64,000 bases of DNA from Arenicellales bacterium. Its GTDB lineage: Bacteria; Pseudomonadota; Gammaproteobacteria; Arenicellales; Poriferihabitantaceae. Shown here one piece after another: positions 53,265 through 64,000 of the stretch. The stretch is taken from assembly GCA_965116595.1 (NCBI GenBank), contig OZ220708.1:169187-233186 (forward strand), read 5' to 3'. Each line of letters starts with the position of its first letter. Position 1 is the first letter of the stretch. The position numbers and the translations under genes were made by a program. The notes under the pieces are model-generated. The model did no database searches. It saw nothing but the letters and a program-made list of their open reading frames with translations, and was not told the origin of the DNA.

Positions 53265-53274
<10 letters not shown>
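52837..53274 (+). CDS. HEPN-domain protein, HI0074-family nucleotidyltransferase substrate-binding protein
   Basis: VIQRFETCYDCLWKVLKRYL and the Rx4H motif RIGTAHDYD match the HI0074/HEPN family. It overlaps the downstream MNT ORF by 10 nt. Confidence 0.85.
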
Positions 53275-55613
<2,339 letters not shown>

Positions 55614-55650
55614 TTTGCTACGCTGTCTTCTGAATTCCATCTCTGCGCTC

Positions 55651-56664
55651 ATGACGAAGTTTAAATCTGATTTAGTCCGCATTATCAAACAAAATTTTGA
55701 TAATGCAGGTGTCGCTTATGACAACAACATGGATGTCTGTAGTTTGACGGCAAGCTATTTGGAAATGCTGAATAGAAGGATCGTTCCATTTCCCCGCACG
55801 GTTCATTTTTCCGAAGAAATACATAATTCGTTAGGTTCTCTCATAAGAGAATGCGACGTGGAGCGACAAGAAAAAGCGAGAGAGGCATGGACGACGGTCT
55901 TTTTCATTCGCTATCTTCTTGCAGAAGGCCAAAGTGTCAATGGATTCCTGAGTACAAGGATTGAATTTGCGACGGGGAAAGGGAGCAGAGACGGGCTTTT
56001 ATGGGATTTTGGTTTGCACCATTTCCATCTCAGTAGGAAACCCCATTCTGATAAGAAAATCTGGGAAAAAGGATTTGTCGAAAGATCGGACTATTTGCTT
56101 TTCGCTATAATAACTCAGAACCACGCATACTTAGTAGACGTAAGACCGCACCAAGACCCTCAAAACCTCGGATGGGTTCGGCAGGAGTTGCGTAAAATCG
56201 TATATAGAAACTGGCCGGAATTGATTGAACCCCATATTCTTCGAGGTGTGCGGGGCGACATGGTGACGGATGAGGAACTCAGGGAACTCAGAAGAAAGAA
56301 CGTCAATCACTGTCCAGAACTCGGCGGTAGGGCGGTCGCACCACTTGGTGGCGGAACTATGGCGGATGGTTCGAGCACTTTGTGCAAAGTCATGGCAATG
56401 AGGCTGCTGCATGAAATTGAACGTCATCAATCTTACTTCGACACTAAGCCGCCCGATCTTTTATCCGCACTCAAGGACAAAGGGCCAGACATAGCAGGTG
56501 AGATAGAATTCGAGCTTGTCTTATTGGACGAATTGAATCCATCAGCCGAACCAATTGATTCCTTGAAAGACAATCACTGTCTGAGTAAGGACCTATATTA
56601 TTTTGGTTTGGCGGTGATGGAACGAACAACACGTTTACCTATAGCAATTTGTTTCAAAGAGTGA
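55651..56664 (+). CDS. Hypothetical protein (337 aa from ATG 55651; a TTG at 55615 is also possible)
   Basis: Long uninterrupted low-GC ORF starting 2-38 nt after hsdS. I recognise no family. It has the His-rich segment LLWDFGLHHFHLSRKPHSD and ERSDYLLFAIITQNHAYLVDVRPH. Confidence 0.6.
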   Translation: MTKFKSDLVRIIKQNFDNAGVAYDNNMDVCSLTASYLEMLNRRIVPFPRTVHFSEEIHNSLGSLIRECDVERQEKAREAWTTVFFIRYLLAEGQSVNGFLSTRIEFATGKGSRDGLLWDFGLHHFHLSRKPHSDKKIWEKGFVERSDYLLFAIITQNHAYLVDVRPHQDPQNLGWVRQELRKIVYRNWPELIEPHILRGVRGDMVTDEELRELRRKNVNHCPELGGRAVAPLGGGTMADGSSTLCKVMAMRLLHEIERHQSYFDTKPPDLLSALKDKGPDIAGEIEFELVLLDELNPSAEPIDSLKDNHCLSKDLYYFGLAVMERTTRLPIAICFKE

Positions 56665-56666
56665 CA

Positions 56667-56807
56667 TTGAAACCCATCACCGAAACCGAGGTCGAAGGCA
56701 CCGCGCTTGAATGGCTTGCAGGTCTCGGCTGGAACATCGTCCACGGCCCGAACATCGCCCCCGATACGCCGGGCGCGGAACGCGCTGACTACAGCAAGGT
56801 GACGCTG
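56667..56807 (+). pseudogene. hsdR: Remnant of an hsdR 5' end (first 47 codons only)
   Basis: 122 of 141 nt are identical, without gaps, to 60358-60498 (manual alignment). TTG replaces ATG. Homology stops abruptly at 56807. Confidence 0.85.
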
Positions 56808-56819
56808 ATGAAATTCGGA

Positions 56820-57236
56820 TCAGTCAATACCCAAAGCCTCAAAAGCCAGCTTCTTGACACACGCTACAAGTATCTCTGTTGATACTTTTATGCCGGTCTT
56901 CTGGATTTCATTTACAGCCTTTTCATACTGGCTTGCAGCGTTCCTTACATATTCTCCACCTTCTTGCGACAATCCATCCATGTAGGAAATGATAATACTT
57001 CGCCCTTCCAGTGTGCTTGCATCCAAAGTGCCTCCATCTAGCAAACCGGCTTGGATGGAACAAATAACAGAATAGTCAATGTTCGCCTGGTCATGATTCG
57101 GGAAAGCGGCATACAGGTCTGACGGACATAAATTTGATGGATACGGCACATCATCGCGCGCGAAGTGTCGAAGAATGTTCAACGTCAATTCTGTGTTTTC
57201 TATCATTGGTTCTTTACACCCTCTATCGGCAGGCAT
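56820..57236 (-). CDS. Small hypothetical protein, possibly DUF2513-like wHTH
   Basis: It is the third gene of the low-GC cassette. The C-terminal pattern IISYMDGLSQEGGEYVRNAASQYEKAVNEIQKTGIKVSTEIL...LAFEALG is reminiscent of DUF2513 (I.GLT.EGHEFL...). This is a weak assignment from memory. Confidence 0.4.
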   Translation of the reverse strand: MPADRGCKEPMIENTELTLNILRHFARDDVPYPSNLCPSDLYAAFPNHDQANIDYSVICSIQAGLLDGGTLDASTLEGRSIIISYMDGLSQEGGEYVRNAASQYEKAVNEIQKTGIKVSTEILVACVKKLAFEALGID

Positions 57237-57240
57237 TCAC

Positions 57241-58902
57241 TCATGGTTTTGTGCTCCCGGATACCAGTTGTTTCACACGCCCTTTGATATTTTCGTACGT
57301 TACGGTTAAATGGTTTTTTGCGATCTTTGTCAACAAACCTGTATGGCCCACTACATTTCTGACTGGTTTGTACCTAACCGCATCCTTACACAAAGGCGCT
57401 GATTTAGAACCTTCCACCGTTACAGATAAGTAATCCATGCCCAGATAGCTCAATTTTCCCTGATCTTCCCGAATCTCAAAACTTATATTTGCCTTTCTTT
57501 TTCTATCAGCCTCCCTCTCTTCCCATGTCGTGGTTTCTTTTAGCGCACCGTCTTTGAGTTCCAATTCATGTTCCTTGATAAATTTTCGCAGTAAGTTTTC
57601 CGACAAAAAACAGTCAATATAAGCCAGCGAATTAAAGGCTGCGTCATCTCGTAAATCATCCAGCCAGGTCTCCACCTGATCTTTCGCGGGAGCTTCATCA
57701 TCGGGTTTATATTCCTCTCGCGCAGCGGAGTACAAATCCCGCGCCTTTCGTTCTTTTCTGGTTTTTCTCGGATTTTCTTCGTCACCTTCTTTACCTCTTC
57801 CCAGTCGAAGTTCATCCCATTTATCCATAATCCGGGGGAGAGCGTCACGCTTTAGAAAATCCAGCAGCGCCTGAAAATTCTCATCGTCCTCTACGATACC
57901 TTCCCGACTACTCGTGAATGGATCTTTCCCCGATTGATCCATGGAATCAAAGTGAATCTGTCCGTAAATGTAACTCTCAATAATTCTCTGTGTCGGTATA
58001 TGTCGCAATATGTTTTTTTCACGTAATCGACCATTTACGAAAAGATCAATGGTGGCACGTTCTTCAGTGCCTGTGATTTTCAAGTTCCTCGGTTTTTCAA
58101 CAGTCGCTAAAAATCCTCTGATATCAAGAGTTGTAGGCAGATAAACAGCATCACCCTTCAGTTTCCCAAGTTCGGACACATAATCGTCTGTGTGCTGGTT
58201 TATCAGCCATAGAAATTCCGTAGCGTCTGTCAAATCTTTGAGATCATCCATGGTAACTTCTTCATCGTTCACAAAGATCGTGAATTCCTTGTCAAGTAAT
58301 GAGAACCGGAAACTCATTGCAAGCAGTTTCTTTATGTGGGGAATGGAGTTCTTTAACTGGTCTTTCGTTTCTTCAAAGACAATAATGGTCCCTTGGTCGT
58401 GACCACTTTGCAGGTCCGTGATCAAATCAAAATCCAAATCTTCAAGAGGATACTCTTCCGGTTGAAGGTCCTGGGTGATTGCTTCGTCCAAACCGGAATT
58501 GTCTATTATGCCCCCGATATAGGTGGCGCCGCAGGTTTTGGAAAAAACAGAAACCCTTTTCGCACAGGACAGTAACGCCAGTTTCCCAATTCCTTTTGCG
58601 CCAATGAAAGGTCTGTTGCTGGAGGTCTTCATGCGTCCATCAACCCGTTTGGAATAACCAATCTTCAAGAATTTTGATTGAAAATCTTCTCTATCCATCC
58701 CGGTCCCGTCATCCTTGATACTGAAAACGGAGTTCTCGCGATCAATGTTAATCCAGACATTCCTGGCATCGGCGTCCCAGGAATTGGAGATCGCCTCACC
58801 AAGAACAGTAATAAAGTTACGGTACAGATTGCGTCCAAGGTGGTTGAGGACACTCAACGAAATAGCGAACCGGAAAGTATTTTCGTCGTCAGGAAATGCC
58901 AC
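57241..58902 (-). CDS. GHKL (HATPase_c_3/MORC-like) ATPase with an uncharacterised C-terminal region carrying an Rx4H HEPN-like motif
   Basis: Bergerat-fold motifs are present: LGEAISNSWDA (N box), KDDGTGMD (G1) and IGAKGIGKLA (G2). RNVVGH is encoded at 57343-57360. The GTG start at 58902 overlaps the dcm stop by 14 nt. Confidence 0.8.
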   Translation of the reverse strand: MAFPDDENTFRFAISLSVLNHLGRNLYRNFITVLGEAISNSWDADARNVWINIDRENSVFSIKDDGTGMDREDFQSKFLKIGYSKRVDGRMKTSSNRPFIGAKGIGKLALLSCAKRVSVFSKTCGATYIGGIIDNSGLDEAITQDLQPEEYPLEDLDFDLITDLQSGHDQGTIIVFEETKDQLKNSIPHIKKLLAMSFRFSLLDKEFTIFVNDEEVTMDDLKDLTDATEFLWLINQHTDDYVSELGKLKGDAVYLPTTLDIRGFLATVEKPRNLKITGTEERATIDLFVNGRLREKNILRHIPTQRIIESYIYGQIHFDSMDQSGKDPFTSSREGIVEDDENFQALLDFLKRDALPRIMDKWDELRLGRGKEGDEENPRKTRKERKARDLYSAAREEYKPDDEAPAKDQVETWLDDLRDDAAFNSLAYIDCFLSENLLRKFIKEHELELKDGALKETTTWEEREADRKRKANISFEIREDQGKLSYLGMDYLSVTVEGSKSAPLCKDAVRYKPVRNVVGHTGLLTKIAKNHLTVTYENIKGRVKQLVSGSTKP

Positions 58903-59983
58903 GGGAAATTAAATGTTCAGGGGTTACAAGTAAATTTCCTATTGCTTCGGCAAGTTTGACTGGCACAGCATTCCCTATCCATCTCCCGACTTCCGAAAAG
59001 GAGGGTTTCTCCTCTGGTGGCAGAAACTCATAATAATGCGGAAATGACTGCAAAATAGCGGCTTCTCGAAGGGATATGGCCCGATCCTGTTCGGGATGCC
59101 CGAACCGGCCATTACCATACCCGTAACACTGGGTTGTCATGGTCGGAGATGGATTGTCCCAAGTCATACGCGCATATACGCTGGCAAAGGTCTTGCCTGA
59201 AAGTTTACGGTGGCAATCAGCGCGCAAATCTTCCGGCCAGTCACGCCAAGTGCCCCCCGGCTTTGAGGCTCGAATACGGCGAAAATTGATTTCCGCCAAT
59301 GATCGCGAGATGTGCAACGGGTCTATGGGATTTGGCTGGCCCGCTTCAATTTTATCGAGCGACCCTATTGCCTGACGAACAGATATTGCTTCTGCATGTG
59401 TCGGTTTCAGTGGTTCAAGTCCTACTGATCTTGAAGCGACCAAAACCAACCGTCTGCGTTTTTGAGGGATCCCGAATTCCTCACATTTCACTATGAACCA
59501 CTTGACATGATAGCCTGCGCTATCCAGATTATCACAGAAATCATTAAAAACACGTCCATCCTTGTATTTGATCAGCGCCGGCACATTTTCCATGGTTACA
59601 AAGTCCGGCTGCACCGTTACGGCCAACTCTCCAAATTTCGCAACCAGTTCCCATCTTGGGTCTTCGCCATAGCGATGTTTATACGTTGAAAATGGCTGGC
59701 ACGGAGCGCATCCCGCAAGAACGGAAGGTACAGTACCCGTATAGTGGCTTTGAACTTCCCTGGCCGTTAGTTTCCCAACATCCCGAGCGAAAAAGCTGGC
59801 GTTGTTGTTTTTTTGAAAAGCGTATTTGCATCGGGCATCTACATCATATCCTGCGATGATATCGAAACCCGCCAGCATCAAGCCGTGACTGAGAGCTCCA
59901 ATGCCGCAAAAAAGATCAACGACCTGACCCCTGTCCTCGCCAGTGTAAGGCATCCCGTGTTCGGTTAACATGGAGTTAACCAT
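58889..59983 (-). CDS. dcm: DNA (cytosine-5)-methyltransferase
   Basis: All diagnostic motifs are present: DLFCGIG (I), GCAPCQPFS (IV), MENVPAL (VI), QKRRR (VIII) and GNAVP (X). Confidence 0.95.
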   Translation of the reverse strand: MVNSMLTEHGMPYTGEDRGQVVDLFCGIGALSHGLMLAGFDIIAGYDVDARCKYAFQKNNNASFFARDVGKLTAREVQSHYTGTVPSVLAGCAPCQPFSTYKHRYGEDPRWELVAKFGELAVTVQPDFVTMENVPALIKYKDGRVFNDFCDNLDSAGYHVKWFIVKCEEFGIPQKRRRLVLVASRSVGLEPLKPTHAEAISVRQAIGSLDKIEAGQPNPIDPLHISRSLAEINFRRIRASKPGGTWRDWPEDLRADCHRKLSGKTFASVYARMTWDNPSPTMTTQCYGYGNGRFGHPEQDRAISLREAAILQSFPHYYEFLPPEEKPSFSEVGRWIGNAVPVKLAEAIGNLLVTPEHLISRGIS

Positions 59984-60357
59984 GGCTTCGGGTTGCCATG
60001 GAACAACCGCTGCACATTAGGTATCAGGTACCTTAAGGGTTGAAAAGGCTATTATACACTATAATCTTTTGCAGTGAGATTCTATTAGGGGCACTGACGC
60101 AGTGGTTGGGGCAGATATTCCCAGCTCGGCTAATTGTGGAGTATGATCAGCCAGAAATATGTGATTGAAGTATGGGATGTTGTCAATGTTAAATGAAGGA
60201 CAGCGATGTGCCTGCATAATGTATTTTCCAGTGAAGAGTTGAGGGCGATGTCAACTACCGAGGATTCCTCAGTAGTTCAATCCGAAGGTGAACGGACAGT
60301 TTCGCGAAAAGTAAACCACTATAACCTCATCTTAAATTTGCTATCGCCTCCACTCGA

Positions 60358-63492
<3,135 letters not shown>

Positions 63493-63571
63493 TTATTGCC
63501 CCATCACACAAGCCTGCGCCCTGACGGGCTTGGCTCGTAGTGATTCCCCCCTCAGAGCCTGCCCGCTTCCA

Positions 63572-64000
63572 TCACAAAAAGTCGGCTTTGGTCGGTTTCT
63601 GCCGGGCGACCTGGACTGCGTCCTCTATCGAGATTTTTTCGTTGAACAGTGCCCAGCCGGTCACTACTCCCGCTATGTTCGGTAAATTGGCTAATATTGA
63701 AATATCATCCAGATTACGAACCGTGCCGCTGGAAATCACCGGGCAATTCAGCTCGGTCCCCATCTGCGTGGTATTAGCCATACTGCTTTCCGGCAACTCG
63801 TCATAGCGATCAATATCTGTATAAATAATCGCCGCGGCGCCGCAACGCTCGAATCGTTTGGCCAACTGCTGGGCGGTGAATGTCGATATGTGCTTCCAGC
63901 CATGGGAAACCACCTTTCCATCGCGCGCATCAATACTGATCGCAATTTTATCGGGATATTCCGCACATAAAGTCTCAACCAGTCTCTGGTCCACCACAGC
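63572..64000 (-). CDS. HisA/HisF-family TIM-barrel protein, C-terminal part (5' end outside window)
   Basis: The frame is open to the window edge. IAISIDARDGKVVSHGW......QLAKRFERCGAAAIIYTDIDR and PVISSGTVRNLDDI parallel HisA. The usual DGT..G phosphate-binding loop is replaced by YDELPES. Confidence 0.65.
   Translation of the reverse strand, partial: AVVDQRLVETLCAEYPDKIAISIDARDGKVVSHGWKHISTFTAQQLAKRFERCGAAAIIYTDIDRYDELPESSMANTTQMGTELNCPVISSGTVRNLDDISILANLPNIAGVVTGWALFNEKISIEDAVQVARQKPTKADFL

Noticed and set aside
60041-60066. ttgaaa...tataat pair in the AT-rich spacer upstream of hsdR, considered as a promoter
   Set aside because: The spacer between the hexamers is only about 14 nt by my count, and AT-rich DNA yields such matches by chance. 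It is not annotated.
63493-63571. Hairpin caagcc-N12-ggcttg after hsdR, considered as a terminator
   Set aside because: It has a short 6-bp stem, a large loop and no T-tract. The evidence is insufficient.

Overview
This window looks like a gammaproteobacterial-type chromosome segment of roughly 50% G+C by eye. A conserved housekeeping backbone is interrupted by several compositionally foreign accessory patches.

Backbone, left to right:
- Amino-acid ABC transporter.
- ispH-lspA-ribF-murJ and rpsT.
- proB-obg-rpmA-rplU, with ispB divergent.
- A thiC-thiO-thiS-thiG-thiDE operon behind a TPP riboswitch.
- rppH, pmbA-tldD, prfC, uup and pgeF.
- An SPFH/NfeD pair.
- A roughly 13 kb cluster for quaternary-amine/acyl-CoA catabolism that looks like carnitine or gamma-butyrobetaine degradation.

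Accessory content:
1. A toxin-antitoxin/NYN patch and a very GC-rich trimethylamine-dehydrogenase-family gene, both on the 3' side of tRNA-Thr.
2. A GC-rich NnrU gene flanked by a duplicated ispH 3' end.
3. An AbiEi/AbiEii module flanked by direct repeats that start at the tRNA-Ser 3' end.
4. The most interesting region, a heavily remodelled type I R-M locus at 50.4-63.5 kb.

In the R-M locus, two paralogous DUF559 endonuclease-domain cassettes are bounded by a composite palindromic repeat. One sits directly upstream of hsdM and is translationally coupled to it. The other sits in-frame inside hsdS. A solo copy of the repeat lies in-frame inside hsdM.

A HEPN (HI0074-type)/MNT pair is embedded in the same operon, and the MNT reading frame runs straight into hsdS. 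An unrecognisable 337-aa ORF follows hsdS.

A diverged duplicate of the hsdR 5' end brackets a low-GC three-gene cassette. That cassette encodes a Dcm C5-methyltransferase, a GHKL ATPase with a C-terminal HEPN-like RNVVGH motif, and a small DUF2513-like protein. I cannot assign it to any named defence system, and it is my best candidate for an undescribed system.

Three families of REP-like palindromic repeats pepper the intergenic regions and artificially extend several ORFs. No CRISPR array, rRNA, integrase or transposase was seen.
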